DNA of 64,000 nt from Rhizaria sp. SCN 62-66 (taxonomy: Eukaryota). The notes below the pieces were generated by a model. It saw only the letters and a program-made list of their open reading frames with translations. It was not told where the DNA came from and made no database searches. Location: the NCBI GenBank assembly GCA_001724265.1, contig MEDY01000059.1:1-64000 (forward strand). The letters run 5' to 3'. Shown here piece by piece: positions 45,036-56,885 of this stretch. The position numbers and the translations under genes are program-made. Positions within the stretch are counted from its first letter, which is position 1; each line of letters starts with the position of its first letter.

Positions 45036-45652
45036 GGTTAAAGTACTTGTAAAAAAATCCAAGAGAATGTGCCAAGCAAAAGCGGACAGGATGCCTGACG
45101 GTGTGTATCACGCAAGAGGCTTGTTGATTCGAAGGTCTTGTCAGGGCCCAAGCGGGTCGCACGCCGACACACTCGATCGACACGCCCAGCTTCACGTTCA
45201 GCTTACTTTACTTTGTGATGGCATCTTTCCGATGTTACAATTTTAGCAGTGACTATAAGAATTAATGTTAATTTACATACTTACCCTTTAAATTATACGC
45301 TGTAAGAGCTTGATTCAGCGATAATATTTCGTGCTCTTTCACTTGACCGTCGTGACTTCGTCATCTCCGCATCATGCTGCTCTACAATGCGGTTTTGCCT
45401 TGTATATTAGTAATAATCAGCTGCCTGGTACTGCGTTAGTTCTTTTTGACATGTTGAAACCTACATTCTGCGGACCTTTTTCTTATCACACCACGTATAT
45501 ACCCTTGAAAATGTCTTCCGAACCACAGGCACGCCGAACTACATCTCCGCCTTTCAAACCGTTTCCGTCGCCCGCCAACCAACCCCACCCGTATTTCCCC
45601 GCCTGCCCCCGCTGCCGCTGTCCCGCGCTCTGCGCTCCGTTGCCCGCCCCCG

Positions 45653-47810
45653 ATGTCGATCATGAGCTTTGTGGGCCTCGCGGCGGCCTTTTACCTGCTG
45701 AAGCTGCTGTTCCAGTCTCTGTCGTGGTGGGCGATTGCGGGACTGGTGCTGCTCTTTGTGTCCTGGATCGGCATGATGCTCGCGCGCATCGTGGCCAACC
45801 AGGAGGGGCTGCTCTACCAGCCGCACCCACAGGTCCCCGGCTCGGTTATGGGCAAGACACCCGCGGACAACCCGCCGTTCTTCCGCTCCCCGCACGAGCA
45901 CGGGCTGGCCTACGAGGACGTCTCGCTCACCACGGCCGACGGCGAGCGGCTTCACGCCTGGTTCCTGCCCGTCGCGCCGCACGCGTACCCACAGGACCCC
46001 ACCTCGCCACTCCACAACACGCCCGGCGTCGCGCCATCCGTCGCCGTTGCCGCCGCCGCTGCCGCAATCGCCTCGGCTTCGAGTAACGCCAGTTCGAGCG
46101 ACACCGCCGCCGCCGGCAGCGCGGGCGGCGCGGCGGCCAAGGCGCCCGCGTCGCCGTACTCGCGGCACGTGCCGACGGTGCTGTACCTGCATGAGAACGC
46201 GGGCAACATGGGCATGCGCCTCTTCAATCTGCGCCTTCTGCTTACCCGCCTGCACTGCAACGTGCTCATCCTCTCCTACCGCGGCTACGGCGCCTCGTCG
46301 GGCGCGCCCTCGGAGCGCGGGCTCGTCGCCGACGCCGATGCCGCGCTGCGCCACCTGGCGCTCCGTCCCGACATCGACCCCGCGCGCATCTTCCTCTTCG
46401 GGCGCTCACTGGGAGGCGCAGTGGCGATCGCCGCCGCGGCGCGCCACCCGGAGCTCGTGCGCGGCGTCGTCGTCGAGAACTCGTTCGCGAGCATCAACCT
46501 GCTCGTCGACTCGATATTCCCGATCCTGGCGCCCGTCAAGGAGCGCGTGCTGCGGCTCCGCTGGTTCTCGGACCGCCGCGCGCCCGCCATCCGCGCCCCC
46601 GTGTGCTTCGTCGCCGCGCAGCAGGACGAGGTGGTCCCCGCCGCGCACGCTGACCGCCTGCTCGAGGCCGCCACCGGCGCGCCTGCCAGGGTACGTAAAG
46701 CTTCACAACGACATATCGCGCTCCCAGCTCGCAGTGTACATCTGTATGAGTCGTTCTATCTTCTGTATCGCATGTCGCTCACATGTAACTCATTTTTCCT
46801 GCTTCGTTTTTCTATCTTAACTCTTTGTTTGCTTTCGCTTGGCCGCAGATGCACGTGTCGTTTGCGGCGGGCGGGCACACGGACCTGTGGTTCGTTGGCG
46901 GATCCCAGTACCTCGACGCGCTCCGCCACTTCATCTACACCGTCTGCGAGGCCACTCTCCCCGCCCCGCCGCTTTCCGCCTCTGGCAATGAGAACAGCAG
47001 CGAGCCCGGCAACAGCGGCTGGCGCGGCGAGTGGCGGCAGCCGGCGGTGTCGGCGGCTGAGTTCGCCGAGTCGGACGCGGTCGACGCTGCCGTGGCTGCC
47101 GCGACCAAGGGCGCCGACGCGGCGCCCGTGATCCGCTCCTTCCCCGCGCAGTCGCCGGAGGTTCACAAGTTCGACACAATCGTACGTGGCGACCTCTGAT
47201 CGCTCCTTTACTCATCTCAATGACTTACCGTTTTCTTTTGCGAATAACCGATATTTGTGCTCATTATCTTATTTTATTTTTTTGACTCTTTACCTTTGCT
47301 CAGGAGCTGCGCCGCACTCTGTCCATCTTAACCAACAACGGCGCGTCCGCGCCCGAGCCCGGCCCTGCATCGACCCTGACCGCCACCGCGCCCCTCGGCG
47401 ACGGCGACGAGGACGACGGGGACCGCCGAGAGGAGCTCGTCGCGTCCGCCGCCGGCGCCGGCGCCCGCCGCAGCCGCGGCTCCGGCTCCGGCGCTGGCGC
47501 TGGCGCTGGCGCTGGCGGCGAGGTTGTGCGGCGCCGGCCGCCGTCGCCGCCGCTGGCGCCAGCGGAGCCGCACGAGGCGTCGGACTCCGACCTGGAGGAC
47601 GCGAGCTATGCGCCCGAGACGGACGACAGTGATAACGCGCAACACGACGACGACGACGGCGCCGGCGAGGACGGCACCGGCGACGGCGGTCGGCGCAACA
47701 GCAAGAGCAGGGCTGGCGGCAAGAAGAAGCCCTCCAAGGCCAAGGCCGCGGCCGCCGCGGGCGACGACGCCGAGGCCGGAGACGCTGCTGCGGGGCTGCG
47801 CCAGCGGTGA
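45653..47810 (+). CDS. ABHD13/Bem46-like alpha/beta hydrolase; exons 45653-46690, 46849-47181, 47304-47810
   Basis: N-terminal transmembrane segments, QEGLLYQP, YEDVSLTTADGERLHAWF, HENAGNMG, SYRGYG, nucleophile GRSLGG, DEVVP and GGHTD. Two GTACGT...CAG introns. Ends GLRQR then TGA. Confidence 0.92.
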
Positions 47811-49046
47811 GCGCATGGCGCTGCCAGCGGCGGTCCAAGCGCAGACTGCAAGCGGTGGGAGTGTGGCACTCTCGGCGCATCTGCCGCCGTCGGTGTGACT
47901 CTAGCTGTGACTGCAAATGTAGCTTCGGGGCTGTGCATGTAACAACAGCCTTGGAGGAAGCGACCATCACACCGACATTCGGGTTAGAGCTGCAGCCGAA
48001 ACTACGCAGCACATTTTTCACATTTTTTTAATGAATGGGCCAAGATTTTGTGATAATTATTTTTGTGAATCTTCGTCAAACCATGCAATCTATTACCATG
48101 GTGATGTTATCGGAGAAATAGCAATAATACATGTGCGCTTATAGGTCTCTTCTGTTAGTCTTCATTATTCGTCAGCGAGTGCGTTCGATTGCGATTGGCG
48201 AGTAAGAACGATGCAGATGCAGAGAAATGTGTGATGATTTATGCTTGAAACGAGTTGATATGATGCAATATTAGAGTGCGTGTATTCGTTCATTTGATAC
48301 AGTGCAGCAGCATTAATAGTGAGTAGATTATAGCCCTAATTTAGTGAACAAAATAGTGTGAGGTCGAAGCGTATGAAAGGATATATCTTGGTGATCCTGC
48401 CGTCTTGCTCGCAGTTCGTCGTTGCACTCGCGGGGGTACTATACAGGAGGGGTCGCGGCGAGTCGCGCGTCGCGCGGTGTGTCGTGATGGCAGTGCGAGT
48501 AAGCGCTATGAGTAACGGGTGAGCGGCGTCGCGTCGGCAGAGCAGACGGAGCGAGCGTACTACAACTCTCGCGGCGCTGGCGACATCACATACACATACC
48601 CATACACACCATACACACACCAACAAGCTGGCTCCGTGCGTTGGCCGCACGGCGACATCGACAACAGCAGGTGACTCGGCGCAACTCGGCAGCGAGCCCG
48701 CGCAAAACAGAGGGAAAGTACCAAGGGAGACGACGAGAATGAACGCATGAACAGTGGCAGGAGCGAATCTACAGCAAAGATAGCAAAGCGACGGACAAAC
48801 TATCCAACTGACGATAGTTAAGGCACAGACCAATGAAGGCACAGGTATATAATGACACAGTGACAATACAAAGAGAAGATTGACAGTAATAACATACGAG
48901 ACAAAAGAAGGAAACAAAAGAAAAAGAAGAAGCAATCAAACAAAAGGGATTAGCGAAAAAACGAAAGAAATCTTCGACGCCACGAGGTGACACGCGACGA
49001 GGCGCGACCGACATGATGTCAGCATGCTGCGTACATTGCGCATGCC

Positions 49047-52000
49047 TCAATGTCCGTCACCGCCCTCGCCCATGCGCATCCCCATGCCGCTGGCGCCATT
49101 GCTGTTGGCGTTGAGCGTGGCGGGCCCCAGCCCGAGCGGCGCCATGCCGCCCATGGCGCCCATGCCGGCCATGCCCACGGTCGAGCCCAGAGGGCCGACA
49201 TCCATGCGGCCGTCCAGGGCCCCGAAGGCGCTCGACAGCGGCGCCGCCGAGAGCGCGTCCGAGAGTGGGCCCGCGAGCGGCCCGCCCGCCAGCGCCTCGG
49301 CCAGCGGCACCGTCAGCGGACCTAGCTGGCCCGACGCAGGGACCGCTGCGCCGCTGCCGCCACTGCCGCTGCCGTTGCTGTGGGCGTCGGAGGAGGGCAC
49401 ACCCGCAACGGCGACGGCGACGCCCGCGCCAGCCGGGGTGCTGGCCGACGCGCTGGCGCTGCCGCTGTGGCCGGCTACGGTGCTGTTGTTGCCGCTGCTG
49501 TTAGCCGTGCTGGCGCCGAGCCCGCTGAGCGTGCTCACGTTGGCCGTCGAGGGCGCGCGCGAGAAGCCCGGCACGGAGAGCGGGTTCGACAGCCCCGGGC
49601 AGGTACGCGGGTCGATCGGCACCGGCTCGACCTCACGCGCCCACCACGCGGCCTCGGCGTCGACGCGCGCCTGCACCTCGCGCTCGCTGCCGTCCTGGCC
49701 CTGCTGCTGCAGCTGCGGGCCGTCACCGGCGCCGGCGCCGAAGTCGCGCGCGTCCGACATGGCGCTGCCGCCGCCGCCGCCGCCGGACGACGGCGCGGGC
49801 GCGCTGGCCGCCGACGCCGCCGAGGCTGCGGCCGAGGCCGAGGCTGATGCCGCCGAGGAGGAGGACGCGGTCTCCGGCGTGAGGATGCTGGAGCAGCCGA
49901 GCCCGGGCACGGCGTCGTGGGCGAGCTCGCCAGTGGCGGCGCGCGAGATGGCGCGCGGCAGGCAGAAGCCGATGAAGAAGAGCGGGTGGCCGCCGACCTT
50001 GACCGAGGTGAGCGTGAAGTGCGACACCAGCACCGTTCCGTCGGCCGTCACGCCGCGGCGGTAGCTCTCCCACACGGCGACCTTGCCGTCAAGCATGAGG
50101 CGGAACATGCGCGTGAGGCGCAGTACGTCGTCCGGGTGAGTGCGCTCGAAGATGCTCGTGGCCATCAGCGCCGCCTTGTCCGTCTGCATCGAGCGCGCGA
50201 ACTCGGCGTTGCAGTCGATAAAGGTACCGTCGAGCGCGATGAGGCAGATGGCCGTGTTGGCCAGCAACGGGTGGTGGATCGACACGAGCGCGGGCACACA
50301 CGCCGGCCGCCCCGTCACCAGGCACTTGTGCTCGCGGAACGGGTTCGAGTCGGGCGCGCGCATGCACGGCGGCACGTCGGTCGGCAGCGAGCTGGGCGGC
50401 ATGCACGGCGGCCGCACGAAGCCGCCGCCGCTCTTGACGGCGCCGCCCGCTCCGGCGCTGCTGTCGGCGCTGCCGCTGCTGCAGCCGCCGAAGGAGCTCG
50501 AGCACCCACTGCCGCCGCTGCTGCTGGGGCAGCTGCTGAAGGACGCCGAGGCTGACGCCGACGCCGAGGGCGTGGCGGAGGCTGGCTCCTGCTTGACGAT
50601 GGGGCCGCGCTCGTCGCAGTCGTCGCAGTCGTCGCAGTCCTTGCCCGGCACGCAGCACCCGCCGCCGAAGCCGCCGCCGCTGGAGGTGGGTGCCACGGGC
50701 GAAGCGGCGGCGGCGGCGGCCGCGGCGTTGGCGTTGGCGATGGCGGCCGAGTAGGGCGCGACGGAGACGAGCGGCGCGAGCTGCTGCTGCAGCGCGTTGA
50801 CAACGGCGCGCACCATGGGGTGCGAGGGCACGTCCTGAACGCCGCTCGCGCTCGCTCTCTCACCGCTCGCTCTGTCGCCGTCCGCGGCCGCGGTCGCGCT
50901 CGCGGTCGAGGCCGCGTCCGAGCACGAGTCCGGCTGCGGCGCTGGCTCCGGCTTGGGCACCCTGGCGTCCATGGCCTTAGCGTCGAGCGACTTGGCGGGC
51001 GCGGGCGCGGGGGACGTCTCGGCGCTGTTGTCATGCGTCGCCACGCTGCTCGGCCCACTGCTGCCGCTGCCGTTGCCGCTGCCGTTGATGCCGCCGAGGC
51101 CGCCGGCGGCGCCGTGGGCCGAGAGGGCCGAGGCCGAGGACCGGCCGCCCAGCGAGAGGGCCTCGGACTCGCCGTCGGTCGCGTCGGCGTCCGCCAGCGT
51201 CGTCAGCGTCGTCTGTGTCGTGCTCGGCGTGCTGGTCGCAGGTGCGCGGCCGCCGTCTGCGTCGCCCATCGCTGCGCCAGCGCTGTTGGCGTTGGCGCCG
51301 TAGACGGCGGCCTTGGTAAAGTGGCGCGGCACGCCCGCGGCGTCTGCGCGCGCCCGCAGCAGCGACTCGTACTCAGCGAGCTGGGCCCGCTGCGCCGCAT
51401 TGACGGCGAGCAGCCGCGCCTCCTCGGCCCGGTGCGCGGAGAGCAGCTGTGCCTCGCGCTCCTGCAGCAGCAGCGCTGAGACCACGGTGAAGTCACTGTC
51501 CAGCGGGCCGGCCGCCGACGCCGCGCCGCCGTAGCCGTACTCGCCCTCGTCCTCGCCCTGGCCCTGGCCCGACGGCGGCGGCGCCTGGTACGGCTGCTGC
51601 AGCTGCTGCAGCGGCGCCTGGCCGGGTTGCGGCAGCAGCTGCTGCTGCTGCTGGTCGTATGGCAACAGCTGCTGCTGCTGAGACTGCTGCTGCGGCGGCG
51701 CCTGGTACTGCTGCTGCGGCTGGTAGAGCGCGGGGTGGTGCGCGCGTGCGTGCGGCGAGAGCTCGAGCGCCTGCGCCATGCGCGACTCGACGTGCGCGGC
51801 CGACTGCGCCATGGCCGCGGCAGCGCGCTCGCGCTCGCGGGCCAGCACGCGCTCGCGCTCCTGCGCCGCGTTGTCGATGTACCGGTCGTCGACGTGCGTG
51901 AAGGTGCCCTGGTAGCGGCCCAGCCCCGCGCGCGAGTCGCGGACGACCTCGCCGCCGAAGGCACGGAACCCGCTGCCGCCGTCGTTGTTGTCGCCGTCGC

Positions 52001-54941
52001 CACCGTCGTCGTTGCCGCCGCTCTCGTCGTCGGCGGCAGCGGCGCCCGCGCCGTAGGCGGCGGCGTTGTAGTCGACGGGGCCGCCCATCGCCGAGTCGGC
52101 GGCAGCACCCATGGCGTGGGACGGCAGCGGCGCGCCTGTGACAAGACCATAGCCGCCGCTGCCGCCGCCGTTGCCGTTGTTGTAGTAGTACGCGCGCGGC
52201 AGCACGCCGTGCGGGCCGCCGGGGTTGCCTTGGTACCCGTGGCCAGCGGCCCCGTTGCCGCCGCCGCCGTACATCATCCCGCCGCCGCCGCCGCCGCCGG
52301 CGGAAGGCGCGAGCGAGGGCGCGACCGAGAGCGCGGGCGCGGCGCCGCCGTGGGGGCTTGCCGCGCTGCTGCCACCGCTGCCGGAGCTGCCCGTGCTGCC
52401 GGGGCTCGCGCCGGGGTTTCCAGCGGCGGCGCCAGCGGCGGTGGACGGAGCCGAGGAGGAGTTGCTGCTGAGGAGCTGTTGCTCCCAGGCGAGCTGCTGC
52501 TGGCGCTGCCGCTCGCGCTCCCACTGCAGCTGCGCCTCAGTGCGCGCCTGCTGCTGGCGGAACTCCTCAATGACGCGCTGCTGCTCGGCGACGACGCGCC
52601 GCTGCTCGGCCAGCTGCGCCGCGTGCTGCGCCTGCAGCTGCTGCTGGTATGCTGCGTACTGCTGCTGTTGCTGCTGCTGCTGCTGTTGCTGCTGTTGCTG
52701 CTGGGCCGCGGCCGTCGCGGCGGCGAGCGAGTTGCCCGAGTTGCGCCTGCTGCCGCCCGCGCCCGCTCCGCCGCGGTGCGGGGAGACGCGGCCGCTGGCG
52801 CCGGGGCCCGCGCCGCCTCTGCCGCCGTCGACGCCGGCCAGCCCAACGCCGCCGTGGCCACCGCCGCCGCCGCCGACGCGCATGGCGAGCGCGATCTCGA
52901 GGTCGCGCAGCTTGTCTTTGTAGTGCTGCAGCTGGTTCACGGCGCACAGCAGGATCTGCGCGCGCGTCTTCTTCGAGCACTGCACCTCGTCCGAGAGCTG
53001 CTTGAACTGGTCGCGCAGCCGGCCGCGGCGCCGCGTCTCGCTCTCGCGGTGTCGCTTCTTCTGCTCGCCCTCGTCGCCGCCGGCGCCGTCGTCGCCGCCC
53101 TCTCCGTCGCTGTCACTATCACCGTCGGACATGTTGCTGTTGTTGCCGCTGTTGTTGGCGTTGCTGCCACCGCCCGCCGCCCCGGCGCCCGCGCGCGCGG
53201 ACCAGTGGTTGGCCGCGGCCGAGGCCGAGACCGAGACCGTGGGCGGCGGCGGCGCGGCGGGCAGCCCCATCCGGCCCCCTGAGCCGCCACCGCCACTGCC
53301 ACCGTAGCCAGTGTAGTTGCCGCCGCCGTACATGTAGCCGCCCGGCTGGCCCGGCTGGCCGGCCGTGGCGGCGGCGGCGGCCAGCGCGGCGGCAGCGGCG
53401 GGAAACTGCCCACTAGCGCCGTACCCTGCGCCGCCCTGGGGGCCGCGCGCGCCGCCGAGTTGGCCGACCGGGGAGGACACGGCCGACGACGGCACGCTGC
53501 CGTCGTTCGCCGCTGCGGCGGCCGCTGCGGCGGCGGCGGCGGCCTGCGCGGCGGCGATGGACGCGGCCGAGGGCCGCCCGCGCTTCGGCTTGGGCTTCTC
53601 CAAGACCGCCGCTGCTGCTGCGGCGCCGGGGGCGGGCTGCGAGACGACCGAGACAGAGGGCGCCGCGGCCGCGTAGCCGCCGTAGCCGCCGCCGTACTGC
53701 ATCTGCTGCTGCTGTTGAGAGGCGGAGAGGCGCCGCGCAGTCAGCCGGTTGCTGCTGCCGCTGCTGCCGCTGGAGCCGCTGTCGGTGGCGTCGGCGTCGG
53801 CGTCCGGGCTGAGCCCGCCGCTGCCGCTGCTGCTGCCGTTGCCGGCCATGCCGTTCACACCGTTGCCGTTGAGCGCGGCGGGGTCGGTGTCGGCGACGCT
53901 GTTCTCGCCGCTGCGGCGCCGCGACTGTGAGCGAGAGCGCGCGCGCGCCGCGCCGGGGGCCGCGCCGTTGCCACTACCGTTGCCGCTGCCGGCGCCGTTG
54001 CCGCTGCCGGCGGGGTTGTTGGGGTTGGGAACCATGCCGGGCGCGTAGAGCCCGATGCCGAGCCCGAGCCCGCCGTGTCCGTGGCTGAGGCCCAGGCTCT
54101 CAATGTCGTCCGACTGTGGCGACGCGGCCGTACCGCCGGCGGAGCCCGCGCTGTTCGCGGCCGAGGCCGAGAGGGAAATGGTGGGCGCGGGCGCGCCGCC
54201 GCGGCCGCCAGCGTTGCCATTGGCGCCGCCGCTGTGCACGTAGCCGCCGTAGCCGTTGCCGCCGGCCGGGGCGCCCGCGGCTGCGGAGTTGCCGTTGTAC
54301 GCGTAGCCGCGGTTGGCGCCTGCCTGGGCCGGACCGAACTGCTGGTGCATGTGCATGTGCGGCATCTTGCCGTTGCCGTTGCTGTTGTTGCCGCTGCCCT
54401 GCTGCGAACCGTCAGCGGCGCCGTCGTCGCCGTCGCCGTCGGCGCCGTCCGCGTCTGCGCCGGCGGTGAGGATGGGCAGGTAGAGGTGCGCCGAGGAGCT
54501 GATGAGGTCCACGCGGTCGCGCGGCGACGTCCACTGCTGCAGCGCGTTCAGGTCCGCGATCGGAATGCCCGGCATGAAAGCGCCGTCGGCGGACCGGAAC
54601 GGGTACATGGCCGCCACGAGGTCCTCGTCCGCGCCTGCGCCCGCGCCGGGGCCGGCGGAGGCCGCGGAGGCGGCGTTGGGTCTCCCGGAGAGGCCGTTGA
54701 TGGAGTCGTCACCCATGGCCATCATGAGCAGTGAGTCCGCGGTGTTGGTCAGGCCGCCCGGGCCTGTAGCGCGGGAACCAAAGTAGGGGTCGCCTGACGC
54801 GCCCGGGCCCGCGGGGTTGTAGGCGCCCGCGAGGCCGTTGTGGAGGCCGGTGCTGGGCGCGGGGGCACGAAGGCCGACGTCGTCCGAGTCGCCGAAGGGC
54901 GCGGGGCCGCGCGCAAAAGACGACGACGCGAAGCTCGACAT
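49047..54941 (-). CDS. bHLH transcription factor with a C-terminal PAS domain
   Basis: bHLH KKRHRESETRRRGRLRDQFKQLSDEV...TRAQILLCAVNQLQ (~52890-53065). PAS domain ICLIALDGTFIDCNAEF...THPDD...TADGTVL (~49960-50260). The start is uncertain because the ORF is open to 55220. Ends TGA. Confidence 0.88.
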   Translation of the reverse strand: MSSFASSSFARGPAPFGDSDDVGLRAPAPSTGLHNGLAGAYNPAGPGASGDPYFGSRATGPGGLTNTADSLLMMAMGDDSINGLSGRPNAASAASAGPGAGAGADEDLVAAMYPFRSADGAFMPGIPIADLNALQQWTSPRDRVDLISSSAHLYLPILTAGADADGADGDGDDGAADGSQQGSGNNSNGNGKMPHMHMHQQFGPAQAGANRGYAYNGNSAAAGAPAGGNGYGGYVHSGGANGNAGGRGGAPAPTISLSASAANSAGSAGGTAASPQSDDIESLGLSHGHGGLGLGIGLYAPGMVPNPNNPAGSGNGAGSGNGSGNGAAPGAARARSRSQSRRRSGENSVADTDPAALNGNGVNGMAGNGSSSGSGGLSPDADADATDSGSSGSSGSSNRLTARRLSASQQQQQMQYGGGYGGYAAAAPSVSVVSQPAPGAAAAAAVLEKPKPKRGRPSAASIAAAQAAAAAAAAAAAANDGSVPSSAVSSPVGQLGGARGPQGGAGYGASGQFPAAAAALAAAAATAGQPGQPGGYMYGGGNYTGYGGSGGGGSGGRMGLPAAPPPPTVSVSASAAANHWSARAGAGAAGGGSNANNSGNNSNMSDGDSDSDGEGGDDGAGGDEGEQKKRHRESETRRRGRLRDQFKQLSDEVQCSKKTRAQILLCAVNQLQHYKDKLRDLEIALAMRVGGGGGGHGGVGLAGVDGGRGGAGPGASGRVSPHRGGAGAGGSRRNSGNSLAAATAAAQQQQQQQQQQQQQQQYAAYQQQLQAQHAAQLAEQRRVVAEQQRVIEEFRQQQARTEAQLQWERERQRQQQLAWEQQLLSSNSSSAPSTAAGAAAGNPGASPGSTGSSGSGGSSAASPHGGAAPALSVAPSLAPSAGGGGGGGMMYGGGGNGAAGHGYQGNPGGPHGVLPRAYYYNNGNGGGSGGYGLVTGAPLPSHAMGAAADSAMGGPVDYNAAAYGAGAAAADDESGGNDDGGDGDNNDGGSGFRAFGGEVVRDSRAGLGRYQGTFTHVDDRYIDNAAQERERVLARERERAAAAMAQSAAHVESRMAQALELSPHARAHHPALYQPQQQYQAPPQQQSQQQQLLPYDQQQQQLLPQPGQAPLQQLQQPYQAPPPSGQGQGEDEGEYGYGGAASAAGPLDSDFTVVSALLLQEREAQLLSAHRAEEARLLAVNAAQRAQLAEYESLLRARADAAGVPRHFTKAAVYGANANSAGAAMGDADGGRAPATSTPSTTQTTLTTLADADATDGESEALSLGGRSSASALSAHGAAGGLGGINGSGNGSGSSGPSSVATHDNSAETSPAPAPAKSLDAKAMDARVPKPEPAPQPDSCSDAASTASATAAADGDRASGERASASGVQDVPSHPMVRAVVNALQQQLAPLVSVAPYSAAIANANAAAAAAAASPVAPTSSGGGFGGGCCVPGKDCDDCDDCDERGPIVKQEPASATPSASASASASFSSCPSSSGGSGCSSSFGGCSSGSADSSAGAGGAVKSGGGFVRPPCMPPSSLPTDVPPCMRAPDSNPFREHKCLVTGRPACVPALVSIHHPLLANTAICLIALDGTFIDCNAEFARSMQTDKAALMATSIFERTHPDDVLRLTRMFRLMLDGKVAVWESYRRGVTADGTVLVSHFTLTSVKVGGHPLFFIGFCLPRAISRAATGELAHDAVPGLGCSSILTPETASSSSAASASASAAASAASAASAPAPSSGGGGGGSAMSDARDFGAGAGDGPQLQQQGQDGSEREVQARVDAEAAWWAREVEPVPIDPRTCPGLSNPLSVPGFSRAPSTANVSTLSGLGASTANSSGNNSTVAGHSGSASASASTPAGAGVAVAVAGVPSSDAHSNGSGSGGSGAAVPASGQLGPLTVPLAEALAGGPLAGPLSDALSAAPLSSAFGALDGRMDVGPLGSTVGMAGMGAMGGMAPLGLGPATLNANSNGASGMGMRMGEGGDGH

Positions 54942-55713
54942 GACGCGCAAGCGCGAGGAAGGCGAGTGCGGAACGGGGAAGTGGGCTGAAGATGTGGAAA
55001 CGCGCGGGAGGAGCTGCACGAGGGCCAGGGCAGCGGAAGACAGGAGAAGGTTCGGGTGAGCAAGTGGGCAGTGTGAGGACATAGTGGCTTTATCTGCCGA
55101 TGGAAAGGGGCGCGCAACTGCCATGGGACTGAACGCGGGGCATTTCATGGTGTGCAGAAGACTGTGGACGCATCTCGCGTCACGGGGAAGCACACTGACA
55201 GGGCAATGACGGGCAGTCAAAGGTATCTCCTGAGGGAGAGAGAGATCCTGTTACTTGCGAATACCACGTTGTAATTACACGCCCCACAAGTTACAGAAAA
55301 GGATCGAGGATTATACATACAGAAACCCTCAAGAAAACAATGGTCTTATACTTATACCGTCGTATAGGTGCTACTATATCAGTTCTTGGATTCTCCTGAC
55401 AAGGCCAGTAGCCAAGAATGGAGTAGGAGACTGTGAGCATTGGGCCTTATCTTGCACATCAAATATGTTTATACACGTAACGTCATCACACATATAATTG
55501 GGTAATCACTATTTAATTGTCACTAATCTATCATACTTCTTTATTGATTTGACAAAAACCTTTTGTGAAGGTCTGGGAACAGACATTCTCTTCCCACTAG
55601 GCTTGGTCGAAGCATAAGTTGAACGCCTAAGCTCGTCATCAGTCCCTGTCTAGTTTCCCCCGCGCGTCAACAGCGCGTTGTTTCGCGCTACTTTCTGCGC
55701 TATAACACCAAGA

Positions 55714-56851
55714 ATGTACCGTCGAGAGGATCCGCAGGTCCCCGCGGCCCCGCGCGAGCTCGCGCCGGCCGCGCGCCCGCCCGCCACACTGGCACCGCCG
55801 ACTACGTACACCCTCAGTGAGATCACAGAGCTCTCCGCGTTCTCGGCTTCAGCGCCTCTGACCGCCGCCGCGGTGCCACCCACGGCCGCCGCGGCTGCTG
55901 CCGGGCCCGCGGGCGCGCTCGCCACGACCACGGCCGCCGCTGCCGCCGCCTTGGCATCTGCCTCTGCCTCTGCCTCCGCGACAGCTGCCTCAGCTTCTGC
56001 GTCTGCCTCAGCTTCTGCGTCTGCCTCAGCTTCTGCGTCTGCTGCTGCATCTGCTGCTGCCACTGCTGCTCATGTTTCTGTCGCAGCTGCTGGTGCTGGT
56101 GCCGATCAGAGATTCAAGCAGCAGTTGCCCCCGCTGCCCGCGCCCCACACATTCCACCACGTAGGCTCCCCGGCCGGCGCCGGCTCACATGGGCACAGGC
56201 TCCACGCTTATGGTCACGGCTACAGTCACGGTCCGAGTCACAGCACTGCTGGCTTTGGGCTGCCTCCGACCGGCGCCGCGCCCAGCGCCGCACCCCCCGT
56301 AGCGACGTGCGCCCTGCCGCCCGCGCTGCCGGTGTCGGCGCCCCTGCCGTACACGTACTCGTCGCCGTCCTTCCTGTCTGAAATCCCGGGCGCCTCTGCT
56401 GTCGCCGACACAGTCGCACTCTCAGGCTCAGGCTCAAGTTCAGACTCAGACTGGCGCGGCACTGCCAATGTGGGCGGCAACGAGGGCACCATGAACAGCG
56501 CAAGGTTTGCGGCGACGGATGACGCGGACGACGCCTCGACCGGGTCCCCAGTGTTCTTGTCCTCGTCGTCGCCGTCAGGTTCGGAGTCGCAGCCCCAGCC
56601 GCAGCTCGTGCCCGCTCTGTCGCCCGGCCCGGCGGCCGCCCCAGTGGCCGCCCCGGCCCCGGTGGCCGCGGTCACGCTGGGCTCGGTCGCGGCCTCGCTG
56701 TCCTCGCTCCGCGCCGCGCACGCCGCCACGGCCACGCTGCACGCGCGCCATCTCGCTTCCCTGCGGCTGACGCTGCTGCACCACCGCGCCGCGCTGGCCG
56801 CCCTGCGCGTGTCGCTGCACGCGGCCTCGACCTCGGTCGCCGCGACCGCCT

Positions 56852-56885
<34 letters not shown>

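Noticed and set aside
45331-46086. 251-aa ORF overlapping the 5' end of the ABHD13-like gene
   Set aside because: It starts in the AT-rich promoter and runs out of frame into the hydrolase exon, with no independent coding signal.
11860-56040. CRISPR array or prokaryotic defence locus among the repeats
   Set aside because: The repeats are coding tandem units without unique spacers, there are no cas-like ORFs, and the context is intron-containing eukaryotic DNA.
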